A stretch of 64,000 nt of DNA from a virus (Duplodnaviria; Heunggongvirae; Uroviricota; Caudoviricetes). The notes beneath the pieces are model-generated. The model was not told where the DNA came from, did not search any database, and worked only from the letters and a program-made list of their open reading frames with translations. Position 1 is the stretch's first letter; the number at the start of each line of letters is the position of its first letter. Made by a program: the position numbers and the translations under genes. Below are positions 37,387 through 47,077 of this stretch, piece by piece. Location of the stretch: the IMG/VR virus record IMGVR_UViG_3300045973_000170, positions 62,842 through 126,841 of that record, one strand, 5' to 3'.

Positions 37387-37890
37387 CCGCAATAACTCTA
37401 CTGCTCTATCGACTGCACTCTTGAAACGCTTATCATAAAATGCAATTGCATTATGATCCTGCTTCTCCATCTTTTCTGACAACCACCCAAGAATCTGAAC
37501 CGTTTCTTCTTGACTCATCGGTGGTGGTGTTTCCTCTGATAACGCTTCCTGTATGATACTGATGATAGCACCCGACAAGTCTTCTGTCAAGCCCCCACCT
37601 TCAGATTTTATCTTCACGATGGACAACACCGACACAAAAGAGTGGCCATGTTCAGTATATCCCTTATGTGTCCTCTGTTGCAATTCACCCATTGATTCGG
37701 AAAATGGATCATCAAAATCAATGCCAAATTCAATTCCCAACTGAAAAATCATTTCAGCCTTAAGCTTGGTGTAGAATTCCGTAGTACTCTGCTTCTTCCT
37801 GAATAACACCATCAAAACGTCAGTGTTTACCACCGTTCGTATTTCAGCGGTGTTCTCATCAATCTGGCGAAGTACTACGGAACAGAACTC
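37387..37890 (-). CDS. hypothetical protein (start at MEFCSVV)
   Basis: Start taken as internal Met of ORF 37381-37986 to avoid overlap with GroES gene. Confidence 0.4.
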
Positions 37891-37892
37891 CA

Positions 37893-38186
37893 TTAGCGAT
37901 GGAACCCGAAGATGTTGCGCTCTGCAACGACCTTGAAATCCTTGCCATCCAAACGGATCGTTGACGCATGACCCTTGGCATACCACACGGTATCACCAAC
38001 CTTGCATAGCATCTCGCCACGCTGACCACCATCAAAGATATGACCGGGGCCAACTGCCACAACGGTACCACTGGTAATCTGACCACTTCCCGTTACGCTC
38101 TCTGGGAGAACCAAACCTGATGCGGTCACTGACTCTTCTGCTTTGGACGGACTGATGATAATGTTGTCGCCACATGGATTAAACAT
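37893..38186 (-). CDS. GroES-like co-chaperonin (Cpn10)
   Basis: LVLPE ... GTVVAVGPG ... VGDTV motifs. Confidence 0.6.
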   Translation of the reverse strand: MFNPCGDNIIISPSKAEESVTASGLVLPESVTGSGQITSGTVVAVGPGHIFDGGQRGEMLCKVGDTVWYAKGHASTIRLDGKDFKVVAERNIFGFHR

Positions 38187-38427
38187 CGCTCTTCCTCTCA
38201 AAAATGGATTGTATTGCATCAACCTTCAATTGTCCTACTGCTTCATCCAAAAGTCTCACGAATGAGTCTTTAGGAGAAATGCTTTCAAACACCGATTTGT
38301 CCATCATATCTTCAGGAGAAATTGCAACACTCAAAACGTAATATGGTCTGAATGTTTCAGAATCCATTATTCGCTTTATGTCCGTTTTGTACATGTGAAG
38401 CCTCACTATAGTGAATGATGAACTACA

Positions 38428-38502
38428 ACAGGCCGGAAGGGATTCGAACCCTTAAGTTTGACAGTTTTGGAGACTGTTGGCCTTCCTGATGGCCCTCCGA
38501 CC
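38428..38502 (-). tRNA. tRNA-Trp(CCA)
   Basis: D-arm GGCCATCAGGAAGGCC, AC arm ACAGT-CTCCAAA-ACTGT. Confidence 0.65.
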
Positions 38503-38507
38503 TATAA

Positions 38508-38579
38508 ATGCCCCCTACAAGAATTGAACTTGTTCTGTTAGTTTCGAAGACTAACGTGCTTTCCGGCACACTCAAGAGG
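38508..38579 (-). tRNA. tRNA-Arg(UCG)
   Basis: AC arm GTTAGT-CTTCGAA-ACTAAC, T-arm ACAAGTTCAATTCTTGT. Confidence 0.6.
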
Positions 38580-38656
38580 CTTGATGGTTGTGGTGGGGTG
38601 AGGCCCACTTTGATGTAATCGGTAGGTACATGCCTTGCCTACACAACCTATTTAGA

Positions 38657-38740
38657 TGGAGCGAGTGGGTGTCGAACCCACATTCCGGTAAGTCTCAGGG
38701 GGCTAGTAGATGTTCGAAGCACCCTCCCCTAAACCTCACC
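38657..38740 (-). tRNA. tRNA-like element, structure unresolved
   Basis: T-arm GTGGGTTCGACACCCAC; acceptor pairing incomplete. Confidence 0.3.
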
Positions 38741-39012
38741 ATTGCGTCACGATATCGCTTCTCTCTGTTTTCATGGTACCACTACTCACAGGCTTCAGCT
38801 ACCGCCCCGTAATCTTTTCTTGTAATTCTCGCCAATCCTTTTCACTTTCGAAAGAACCCTTTTGGATAGCTTCAGTCATCTTTTCCTGACACAGCTTGGC
38901 CAATGCAATACGTTCAAAAGTGTTTAATGGAATTTCCCTAATATCTTCTCTGGCACTAGGTGTTGGCGTTATGCCTACGCTGTTTGTCATATGATACTTC
39001 CTTAAAGTGTGA

Positions 39013-39086
39013 TAGCTCTCAGGGGAATCGAACCCCTCTCTACTGACTGAGAATCAGTTGTCCTTTACCGATAGACGAGAAAGCCG
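39013..39086 (-). tRNA. tRNA-Glu(CUC)
   Basis: AC arm ACTGA-TTCTCAG-TCAGT. Confidence 0.55.
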
Positions 39087-39193
39087 TGAGGCAGGGGTTC
39101 AGGTCGCTCCATCCTGAGTAGCCGTTCACCCGTCCGAAGAGGGTTAGCTGTGAAACGGGTTCAGGCACATGGCCCTCAATGCCCCGACCAAGT

Positions 39194-39270
39194 ACGGGTG
39201 GTTGGAATCGAACCAACGTGTCGCCTCCTACCCTTTCAATCGTTTATAAGACGCAGGGGATACACCCGCA
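39194..39270 (-). tRNA. atypical tRNA-like element (no D-arm; anticodon-like loop CTTATAA), paralog of 32851-32932
   Basis: Acceptor GCGGGTG/CACCCGT, T-arm GTTGGTTCGATTCCAAC, conserved 3' half GATTGAAAGGGTAGGAGGCGACACG. Confidence 0.35.
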
Positions 39271-39475
39271 AAATTCACTAATTGATATGAAAGGATGAGG
39301 GAAGCTTACCAAAAGCATCTGCCAACCAAGCCAGCGCACAAACCACCCACACAAACCATACCACTTTCTTTGTATCTGGGATGAAATAGATTACAGCACC
39401 ACCAATGAGCAACACAATCAACAATAGATACAATGTCATTTTTACCTTCTTTGAAGAGGTTGATCGTATTTATAC

Positions 39476-39552
39476 AGCGCGAGAGGGAGGATTCGAACCT
39501 TCCAAAGCTTCCTACTTTGTTCTAGACCGTTTCGGAGTCGCATACCCCAGAT
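39476..39552 (-). tRNA. tRNA-like element with degenerate acceptor
   Basis: T-loop TTCGAAT and AC-like hairpin CAAAG-TAGGAAG-CTTTG; acceptor pairs 4 of 7. Confidence 0.3.
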
Positions 39553-39600
39553 TAGTTGTCTGGTGACTTTATCCATTTGTCTACCCTCGCAATTCATACA

Positions 39601-39674
39601 TGCACCGCATGGGATTTGAACCCACATCGTGAAGCTTAAGAGGCTCCTGTAATTGCCGTTTATACTAACGGTGC
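39601..39674 (-). tRNA. tRNA-Lys(CUU)
   Basis: AC arm GGAGC-CTCTTAA-GCTTC. Confidence 0.6.
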
Positions 39675-39791
39675 GTTGGTGAAGCAATGACCAAGGGCGG
39701 TGACCTTGTCCTTAAGGATGCTGACACATTCCTATTGGATGGGGCTTGAGAACCTGTCAGAGTCCTTGTTCCCCTGAGACTTGCTTCTATT

Positions 39792-40202
39792 TTAGTAACT
39801 TTTTCCTTCTTTATATCGTTTCATTCTCCACGCTCTTCCATTGCCTTTATTCAAAGCTCTGAAATTTGATTGTAAAGAATGACAATTGGGACAAATGATT
39901 CTTCCATTTTCTGGTAAGTTGTTCTCACTGTTCCCATCAATATGATCTAATTCTGTTGGAACATTATTAGTAATAGGATTGCGTTCTTCCCATCCACACA
40001 ACATACATTGTTCTCCGTATTTGTCGATCAAATATCTTCTGAGCATTCTTGGAGTTAATGTTTTTTCATCAACTCTTTTTTGTCTCTGATATTCTTGTTG
40101 ACACTTCCCAGAACAATACAACCCCTTATTAACTTTTGAACACGAAAATTCTGTTTCACAATTCAAACATATTACCACTTTCTTTGGATTTGTCCACGCC
40201 AT
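39792..40202 (-). CDS. HNH homing-endonuclease-like protein
   Basis: ELDHIDGNSENNLPENGRIICPNCH HNH motif plus N-terminal Cys-rich zinc ribbon; AT-rich relative to neighbours. Confidence 0.6.
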   Translation of the reverse strand: MAWTNPKKVVICLNCETEFSCSKVNKGLYCSGKCQQEYQRQKRVDEKTLTPRMLRRYLIDKYGEQCMLCGWEERNPITNNVPTELDHIDGNSENNLPENGRIICPNCHSLQSNFRALNKGNGRAWRMKRYKEGKSY

Positions 40203-40259
40203 ATAATCTCCTTTTGAGTTAACGACACTATCTGTATTTATACATGTCGTAAACTCTAG

Positions 40260-40332
40260 AGCTAACGGTGGGATTCGAACCCACGGCGTCTAAATTACAA
40301 GTTTAGAGCATTGACCGCTATGCTACGTTAGC
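40260..40332 (-). tRNA. tRNA-Thr(UGU)
   Basis: Acceptor GCTAACG/CGTTAGC, AC arm CTAAA-CTTGTAA-TTTAG. Confidence 0.7.
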
Positions 40333-40495
40333 AAGATGATCATAAAGAAACTCTACGTTATTGCGACATAGTTTGAGAATTGATGTTGATTCATTGTACT
40401 CCCTTGAGAATGAGTTCGCATTTCTTCTCTCAGGTCTAGCCGAATCTCTCCTATTCTTTAGATCAAATCGTCACGGGAGCTTATCTCCGCAACAG

Positions 40496-40575
40496 TAATC
40501 GCAATGGGGGTCGAACCCATATTAACCCCGCGAAGGGGGCTGTCCTGCCCTTAGACGATGCGTTTCGGCTATACG
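40496..40575 (-). tRNA. tRNA-like, extended D region
   Basis: T-arm ATGGGTTCGACCCCCAT, acceptor AATCGTA/TGCGATT; internal hairpin GCCCC-CTTCGCG-GGGGT. Confidence 0.3.
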
Positions 40576-40667
40576 ATTAGGATTGCAGTCCCTTTCTAAA
40601 CCGTGTCTTACTTCCTTTTCATGAACCCTGCAAGGAACATTCAAAGAAGCCCAACAGTAGCCCCAAT

Positions 40668-40739
40668 GGGAGTCGAACCCATCTTCTCACCTTGAAAGGG
40701 TGGTGAACTAGCCGATATTCGATGAGGCCAAATTTTACA
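40668..40739 (-). tRNA. tRNA-Glu(UUC)
   Basis: AC arm CACC-CTTTCAA-GGTG. Confidence 0.6.
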
Positions 40740-40742
40740 ACA

Positions 40743-40816
40743 TAGCAGTGACGAGATTCGAACTCGCGTTACTCAGATTGAAGGTCTGGTTTACTAGGCC
40801 ACTATAAGACACTGCC
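40743..40816 (-). tRNA. second tRNA with UUC anticodon (C at position 33)
   Basis: AC arm CAGA-CCTTCAA-TCTG. Confidence 0.45.
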
Positions 40817-40900
40817 AAACTTGAAATCTGCGACAATATTAATGACCTTTGTTCTTACCTCTTGGAACGGTCAGGCAAGCGACAGATTTCTTTACTACAG

Positions 40901-40974
40901 TGCGCCCACAGAGAATCGAACTCTGGTCTGAGGGTTAAAAGCCCCCTGCTACTGCCAATTGAGCTATAAGCGCA
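40901..40974 (-). tRNA. tRNA-Lys(UUU)
   Basis: AC arm GGGGG-CTTTTAA-CCCTC, T-arm CAGAGTTCGATTCTCTG. Confidence 0.65.
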
Positions 40975-41159
40975 TAATGCTTAGAAGATGTACGGTCTTC
41001 CTTCCCGCTGTTTCACAAGCCCACCACAAGCCTTTACGCGAGGCCATGGCCAATCCCGATTATCTCTTGCGATCAAGCTACGGCACGTTGAGCATTGCAA
41101 CGCTGTCAAATGAAGCAAATGTCCGGTGTCCTGACCGCTAGACGAACGAGAGGCGTGAA

Positions 41160-41242
41160 CCAATCGTACAGGATTCGAACCTGTGTTTCCAGAGCTTCCG
41201 GTTGAATAGGCTCTTACCTTTCGGTATTGTAGGCGTCCGATC
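41160..41242 (-). tRNA. tRNA-like, structure unresolved
   Basis: T-arm ACAGGTTCGAATCCTGT; acceptor only 4 bp. Confidence 0.3.
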
Positions 41243-41275
41243 AACGCCTCGTTACTTCCTATTCCAAGTTTTATG

Positions 41276-41363
41276 CAGTGCGGATAGAGAGATTCGAACT
41301 CTCAAGACCGATAAAGGTCTACAGGTTCCTAAGACCTGCGCGTACTTCCATTCCCACCATACC
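41276..41363 (-). tRNA. tRNA-Leu(UAG)
   Basis: AC arm CAGGT-CTTAGGA-ACCTG plus long variable arm. Confidence 0.65.
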
Positions 41364-41581
41364 CGCATAAACTACCATAATCATCATCAGTTGTCAATTA
41401 GCACTCTTTCAATCTAACCCCTTACACTCTTGTTGTCAAGGGGTACTTCAATCTTCTCAGTGGGACTTGAACCCACAAACCTCCATAGATGGCAATCTAC
41501 TTTGGTACCGGATTCAGGTGTGTTGCCACACACCCTTGGCCAGCGTGTTTCCCATTTTCACCATAAGAAAACTCTTCGTAA

Positions 41582-41669
41582 CGGATAGTGAAGGATTCGA
41601 ACCCTCGTCACCCTTTCGGGGTGTGCTAGTTTTCAAGACTAGTGCGATAGACCACTCTGCCAACTATCC
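41582..41669 (-). tRNA. tRNA-Ser(UGA)
   Basis: Perfect acceptor GGATAGT/ACTATCC, AC arm CTAGT-CTTGAAA-ACTAG, long variable arm. Confidence 0.7.
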
Positions 41670-41838
41670 ATTTTTGGTCGATCACCCATGCCAACGTGTG
41701 ATCGCTTGCGTCAGTAACGTATCCTTACAGAATGAAGTGTATTCCATTTCGCCAGAGACATTGTCCCCTGAATGGCTACTTTGCATCATCACTCACGCGC
41801 TTCCCCTTACGGGGTCAGGCTGGTGTACTGAACCAAAG

Positions 41839-41916
41839 TGGTCGATGTAGGATTCGAACCTACGATCATAAGCCTGTGTGTAGGACAGGTGCCTTGGGCC
41901 TCTGGGCGAATCGACC
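41839..41916 (-). tRNA. tRNA-Val(UAC)
   Basis: Perfect acceptor GGTCGAT/ATCGACC, AC arm CCTGT-CCTACAC-ACAGG. Confidence 0.65.
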
Positions 41917-41950
41917 ATATACTACAACCTAAACTGCGGTACTTCGTTTG

Positions 41951-42003
41951 TCAAGCCCCCTCAAAACTTTGGCCCCCTCTCTGCTGTATCCAGAAAGGGG
42001 GCC
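41951..42003 (-). terminator. 8-bp GC hairpin then AAAGUUUU, followed by TTGACA-N17-TAGGTT promoter feeding the tRNA array
   Basis: GGCCCCCT...AGGGGGCC hairpin at 41971-42003; TTGACA at rc of 41954-41959. Confidence 0.4.
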
Positions 42004-42150
42004 GAATCGTGCCGGAAACCTAAACTAGAACAGGATGATCAAAAGAAGCATTGTACCCAGAAGTACCTTAATCCAAAATGGCGAATTCGCCACTTCAGAT
42101 GTACGCTCTCTGAGAAATGATTTGACTAGGTCTAGCTTGGTTTGTTCCAT

Positions 42151-42702
42151 TTACTTCTCCGTCTTCTGTTTCTTTGCTGGTGCCGCCTCAACCTTTGGCG
42201 ATTCCGCCACTGTTTCTACACTTGGTAGATCAGCTTTGACTTCTTCCTTCTTTAGGCTAGTATTTATACAAGTTTCAATCCCCAAAGCGGGTAAAACCAC
42301 CCAAAGATCAGGATATTTGTCACAAAGTGTCTGATCTTTTACATGGGTCAAAATGACCGCTTCCCGATAATTCAAGCCCTGTAGGAGAGCTACCCAACTG
42401 TCTTCCAGCTTCTTTTCGTCCAGAACCTTCAGGGGGCCACCCGTGCAATAGTTCTGAATCCGACGAAACTCTGTGCGAATATTGGTATCCGAAATGCCCA
42501 CAGGCAAATCCTTCTCTGGCCTGAACCGCTTGGGAAACCCTACCGCCAACCGATCAATCTTAAACTTAGGATCGACGGCCATCTTCAACAATGACCACAG
42601 ATAGGGTTCCTTCTTACACATATCATCCATCGCTTTAATCTTTGTATCCATGTCTGGAATATCCGACATGCGATCAAGAATCTCATCAACTTGTAGCTTC
42701 AT
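42151..42702 (-). CDS. hypothetical protein
   Basis: 183-aa ORF. Confidence 0.45.
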   Translation of the reverse strand: MKLQVDEILDRMSDIPDMDTKIKAMDDMCKKEPYLWSLLKMAVDPKFKIDRLAVGFPKRFRPEKDLPVGISDTNIRTEFRRIQNYCTGGPLKVLDEKKLEDSWVALLQGLNYREAVILTHVKDQTLCDKYPDLWVVLPALGIETCINTSLKKEEVKADLPSVETVAESPKVEAAPAKKQKTEK

Positions 42703-43157
42703 TACCTACTCCCTTGTGATCATGTTTAACTGCATAGTATGTTCCACCAAAATACCCCGCCATCATTGGCAAGATTAACCACGGATTCTTTGTATACGCC
42801 AACACGTTCATTGACGAGAACCCATAAATCAAAACACTCCACCATGCGGCTGGCAATGCCTTGTTCTCACTGGCCTCTTGATGTATTTAGTCCAGCACCA
42901 ATCTGATGCAAAAGACAAACAAAAACAACCAGCACCAATGAGATAACTATTCATTTACTCTGCGCCCAAACTGCAACCCCAAGGGCGACAACCAAAATCC
43001 CAAGCACCAAAAGGATGGAAATCCAAATGGGTGAAAGTACCCACCACCACGACCAATCAATCTTACCCAACAGCTTGAGGGTGACGAACACAATGGTCAA
43101 TAGACCACTAAAACCAATACCACTTGATGACGAACTGCTCTGGCTCATGTTATTCTC

Positions 43158-43667
43158 CTATAGTCCAACGATTTTAGCGGCGTCCAGAATCGAATTCTTG
43201 GCCGATGCCGCACTTGCCTTTGCATTCTCGTAGATACGCTGGCGTTCTGTCCATGCACTCTGGGCAGTATTCAATGCCGCACTTGCGATACTCTCTACTT
43301 CAGCGGCACTTTCTGCTCGACGCTTCAACGCATCCACTTTCTGTGCTGTAGTATTGACAGCTTCTCTTACTGCCAAACAAGTGTCAAGAGCATTTCCCCG
43401 CTTGATGTTCTTGGCACTCCTGATAGAAGCCAACAAGTCTTCTACCCCCTTCTCAAAGACTGTTACAGCCCTCACCTTGGCCTCTACCGCCGCCTCTACC
43501 GCCGCCGCACAGTCCCTCATAACCCGTTCAGTCTCTAACACCGCATGAGTAGCTTGATCGACAAGAATCCTTGCATCATCATAGACACGAACGGCAGAAT
43601 CAATGGCACTTCGGGCCTTGAGACAAGCTTCCAACTTTCGACTAATCTCCCCAATTCCTACTGACAT
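43158..43667 (-). CDS. Ala-rich coiled-coil protein
   Basis: 169-aa ORF. Confidence 0.4.
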   Translation of the reverse strand: MSVGIGEISRKLEACLKARSAIDSAVRVYDDARILVDQATHAVLETERVMRDCAAAVEAAVEAKVRAVTVFEKGVEDLLASIRSAKNIKRGNALDTCLAVREAVNTTAQKVDALKRRAESAAEVESIASAALNTAQSAWTERQRIYENAKASAASAKNSILDAAKIVGL

Positions 43668-44773
43668 TAGAATTCTCCCTTCTCTCGGATTGAAACACCA
43701 ACATTGAACGTGGGCTTACCCTTCAGGGTTGTCTCAAAGTATCTCACAGTCAACCACTGACCGATGTAATCTTTCTTGTTCTTGAACAACTCGCGCTTAT
43801 ACTCCAAGGTACCTTCTGGGTTGGAGTCAAACTCTTCCCCATCCTTGGTAACACACTTGAAGATGGCACAACCCTTGTACAACCCATCGCCTTCCTTGAC
43901 GCCGATAATCTTAAACTCGCCGTCCATGAAGTCCTTGTGCTTCTGAAGATTCTCTGACCGCTGACCAATGGCGTACTTGCTGTTGGCATTGCGAAGGATT
44001 GTTCCTTCGTATCCATCCAGTACAAACAGTTGGTGACACTTTTCCATTTCCGCTTCATTCTTCGCAAGAGCAGTTGCCACTAACTCAACATTCTCTGGCG
44101 CATTCTTTACCAACTTGGCAAGAATCTTGGTACGCTCTTCAAATGTTAGGTTTTCATCTACAATGTCATAGACACAATAGATCAACGTGGGTGATAGGTC
44201 ACAATACTTCTTGATAGCAGTCATTGTAGTCTGAAGCGGAACATTGCCCGGAAGCATTAGCTCACCGTCAATGATGTACCCCTGTGTATCAAACTCAAGG
44301 TGTTCGATGACCTCAGGAATGAACGGCTTTCCCCCACGACTCTGACCATTGACACCATCAAAGATCATACGGTTGCCATCCAGCTTGGGCTGGACGTAGC
44401 ATGGCCACACAATCTTGTGGCTCTTGTCACGGTACTTCTGAGCCAGCATAGGCAACGGAAGCTTTCTCCCTGTAGGCTTGGCACCCTTGGGAAGGTAGTT
44501 CTTCTTGTCCATCTGTGACTTCACCATGGATTTGAATTCTGACTCAGCCTGTTCAAGCGGGGCAGTCTCATTGGACTTTCCAACGTTCTTGATCGTCACT
44601 GGATAGGGAACAGATTCAACCACCTTGCTTGTTCCACCACCAGCCAACTGACGCCAGCTAGTGGACTGAAGGTAGTAGCCATATTCATCTTTGACAATAT
44701 GACCCTGCCAGAACTTATCCATACCAGTGCTGGCCTTGGAAATCAAAACCTCTGATGACTTCACGATATTCAT
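43667..44773 (-). CDS. ATP-dependent DNA ligase
   Basis: Motif I KLDGNR within CYVQPKLDGNRMIF; size 368 aa. Confidence 0.7.
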   Translation of the reverse strand: MNIVKSSEVLISKASTGMDKFWQGHIVKDEYGYYLQSTSWRQLAGGGTSKVVESVPYPVTIKNVGKSNETAPLEQAESEFKSMVKSQMDKKNYLPKGAKPTGRKLPLPMLAQKYRDKSHKIVWPCYVQPKLDGNRMIFDGVNGQSRGGKPFIPEVIEHLEFDTQGYIIDGELMLPGNVPLQTTMTAIKKYCDLSPTLIYCVYDIVDENLTFEERTKILAKLVKNAPENVELVATALAKNEAEMEKCHQLFVLDGYEGTILRNANSKYAIGQRSENLQKHKDFMDGEFKIIGVKEGDGLYKGCAIFKCVTKDGEEFDSNPEGTLEYKRELFKNKKDYIGQWLTVRYFETTLKGKPTFNVGVSIREKGEF

Positions 44774-44859
44774 CTTAAACTCTCAACAGAAGATAAGCCG
44801 CACCAGCCGTTGCAAGAATAACAGCAATGAAAATCCCCACAAGTCTCTTTACATTCATC

Positions 44860-45756
44860 TTAGAATTCCCCCAATTTTTCCATCAAATTTGGCATTTCAT
44901 AGGCAACGAAATAGTCCAACAACTTACTACGATCTTTGCGTAATGCAATTTGCGTAATGTAAGAATCAATCACCGCATCTTGAATCTCCTGAGGAATACA
45001 CCCCAGATCAACCAACATCCGATTGCGTTCAAAGTTCTTCTTTAGCTCTGGGGTAGTGCAAATCTCTTCAGGTGACCAGTACTTCCACTTGTCAGCCTTG
45101 ATACCCAATGCCTTCTGGCGCAACTCCGGGTTAACAAAGGTATCATCAGCACTGAGGAAGTTGGGTACACCATCACCCTTATCCCCACGCAAGATATGTT
45201 CCATCAGAAAGATTTCAGGTTCAGTATTTTTGATAAACTTCTTTTCCACCGGAGCATATTGTTCAACGTTGTTGTATCTCTGTAGCTGTTGAAAATCATG
45301 ATCCTGTGACAGAATCAGGATAGGCTTGGGCCTATCATCGTCCAGAATGCCCCCAGACTGAAAATCGTTCTTCTGTGACCAGAAGACCAAGGAGGCAATT
45401 ACATCGTCGGCCTCGGCCCGTGGAACCTCAATGACGGGGTACGGGAAGTGTTCAGCCAACTCCTGCTTGACAAGATTCAATGCCTCAAAGATGGATGCCC
45501 AATCAAAGCCGGAATCGTCACGGCTCTTCTTGCGGCTGGCCTTGTAATATGGAAAATTCTCTTTACGCCAGTAACGCCTATCGTCACATGCAATGATAAT
45601 CTGACCATAGGTATGGCCAAACTTCACCTTGTATGACCGGATGGCATTGACCAACATGTGACGAACCAGAGGAACGCTGATAGGTATATCCTTGCGTCCT
45701 GCTAGTTCTGCCATCAGTGTGCTGATCGCAATCTGGCTATAGTCTACAATGATCAC
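44860..45756 (-). CDS. rnh: RNase H / 5'-3' flap endonuclease (T4 rnh-like)
   Basis: FEN family motifs IIIACDD ... AEADDVIA. Confidence 0.7.
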   Translation of the reverse strand: MIIVDYSQIAISTLMAELAGRKDIPISVPLVRHMLVNAIRSYKVKFGHTYGQIIIACDDRRYWRKENFPYYKASRKKSRDDSGFDWASIFEALNLVKQELAEHFPYPVIEVPRAEADDVIASLVFWSQKNDFQSGGILDDDRPKPILILSQDHDFQQLQRYNNVEQYAPVEKKFIKNTEPEIFLMEHILRGDKGDGVPNFLSADDTFVNPELRQKALGIKADKWKYWSPEEICTTPELKKNFERNRMLVDLGCIPQEIQDAVIDSYITQIALRKDRSKLLDYFVAYEMPNLMEKLGEF

Positions 45757-45907
45757 TCTTTCTCCTTAACTTTCGGCTCTGTCTTTACGGTGTGATGTGC
45801 GTGACAATCTACACAGTTCGCCACCTTCCTACACCCCTCACATGGGCCGTAACTTCCTGACATAGTAAAACACCCACAATCCTTATGACACTTCTCACAG
45901 AGAAACA

Positions 45908-47074
45908 TTAGTCGGCCCTCAACAGAATAAGGTCAGCATTCGTCCTGCCTGTCAATGCTTGCGGCTTGGCCTTGATCGCACCAAAGAAATTAGCCGTCTG
46001 GTTCTTTCGAAGCTTGCTAAATGCCGTCATCTGCTCGTCGGGCTTTCTCAGTGTCTTCTGGAACGATGGCTTGACGCCCAAGATTGTGGTTCCCTTGACA
46101 TGAAGGCTACCAGCGAACTCGCCCTCGTAATAGCCTAGCTTGCGCTTCTTGCAATCATAGACCCACAAGACCGATGCTCCAATGATATCCACAGGGTTGA
46201 TGCTTGTCAAGCCCAACTCCTTACATTCCTTGAGCAACTTGAGCTTGGCCACCATCTTACGCTTATCCGTGGGCTTCTTCTTTCGGATACGAACCATTCT
46301 TACCTTATTGCCTTCGGTGACTAGTGTTCCCGTCAAGGTAGAAAACTTATCAATGATGTTCTTGAGAATCTTCTTTCCTGCATAGGCATATCCTTCAGTT
46401 AATTGGATAGAGGTTTCGTCCTTCACCTTTCCATCCATGGCGTCCATCGCTTCTTGCCATTCATCAATCTGACGTTTGATATACTTCTCAATGATGGCTA
46501 GATGGGGAGCCTTGAAGTTGGGATTGAAAATCTTCTCCCGCAGGGAATCAAAATCTACGGCAACATCATTAACGAGAAAGTCGTCAATGGCTTGATCAAT
46601 TTCAGACAAAACACCCTGTACCTGAATCTTCATACGATCTTGTACTGAGGGGCCAGTAGATTCTTCTCCTTTAGCTTTCTCTACTTTATCCATGCGCTTC
46701 AGATCGTTGAAAAAGGTCGTTAGCAAATGAATATCCCCTTCATCCAACGGAAATCCCATCAAATGCATACGGGCTATACGAGCCAGCACAGAAAATTCAG
46801 GACATATTTCCTTTTCTGAAAGTTTGTCGAGTCTTGCGAGGTCTTTCTTTTCCGTGTTAGGACGATGGGTTTGAATCCATTCTTCGAAAAACTTACGGTG
46901 ATCCTCAACATCGCAGACGTAGTTATACCAATTCAATCCGCGACCAAGCATAATCTTATAGTTTGAATCTGTAACCTGTTTGGAAAATTCGTCCCCGTTC
47001 CAAGTAGGTTCTTCCCCCATGTGTCCACGTTCTGACACATCGGGGGAAACATGATGTAGCTTGACTCCTTTCAC
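45908..47074 (-). CDS. hypothetical protein (388 aa)
   Basis: Long ORF in replication module. Confidence 0.5.
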   Translation of the reverse strand: MKGVKLHHVSPDVSERGHMGEEPTWNGDEFSKQVTDSNYKIMLGRGLNWYNYVCDVEDHRKFFEEWIQTHRPNTEKKDLARLDKLSEKEICPEFSVLARIARMHLMGFPLDEGDIHLLTTFFNDLKRMDKVEKAKGEESTGPSVQDRMKIQVQGVLSEIDQAIDDFLVNDVAVDFDSLREKIFNPNFKAPHLAIIEKYIKRQIDEWQEAMDAMDGKVKDETSIQLTEGYAYAGKKILKNIIDKFSTLTGTLVTEGNKVRMVRIRKKKPTDKRKMVAKLKLLKECKELGLTSINPVDIIGASVLWVYDCKKRKLGYYEGEFAGSLHVKGTTILGVKPSFQKTLRKPDEQMTAFSKLRKNQTANFFGAIKAKPQALTGRTNADLILLRAD

Positions 47075-47077
47075 AGC

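Noticed and set aside
39442-39687. 81-aa minus ORF
   Set aside because: It spans two tRNA-like genes (39476-39552, 39601-39674), so it is almost certainly not coding.
41474-41555. T-arm GTGGGTTCAAGTCCCAC as a tRNA
   Set aside because: No acceptor partner is found within 100 nt. It is possibly a tRNA fragment and is left unannotated.
41467-41850. 127-aa plus ORF and neighbours 41202-41417, 41732-41932 and 41838-42023
   Set aside because: They overlap multiple minus-strand tRNAs.
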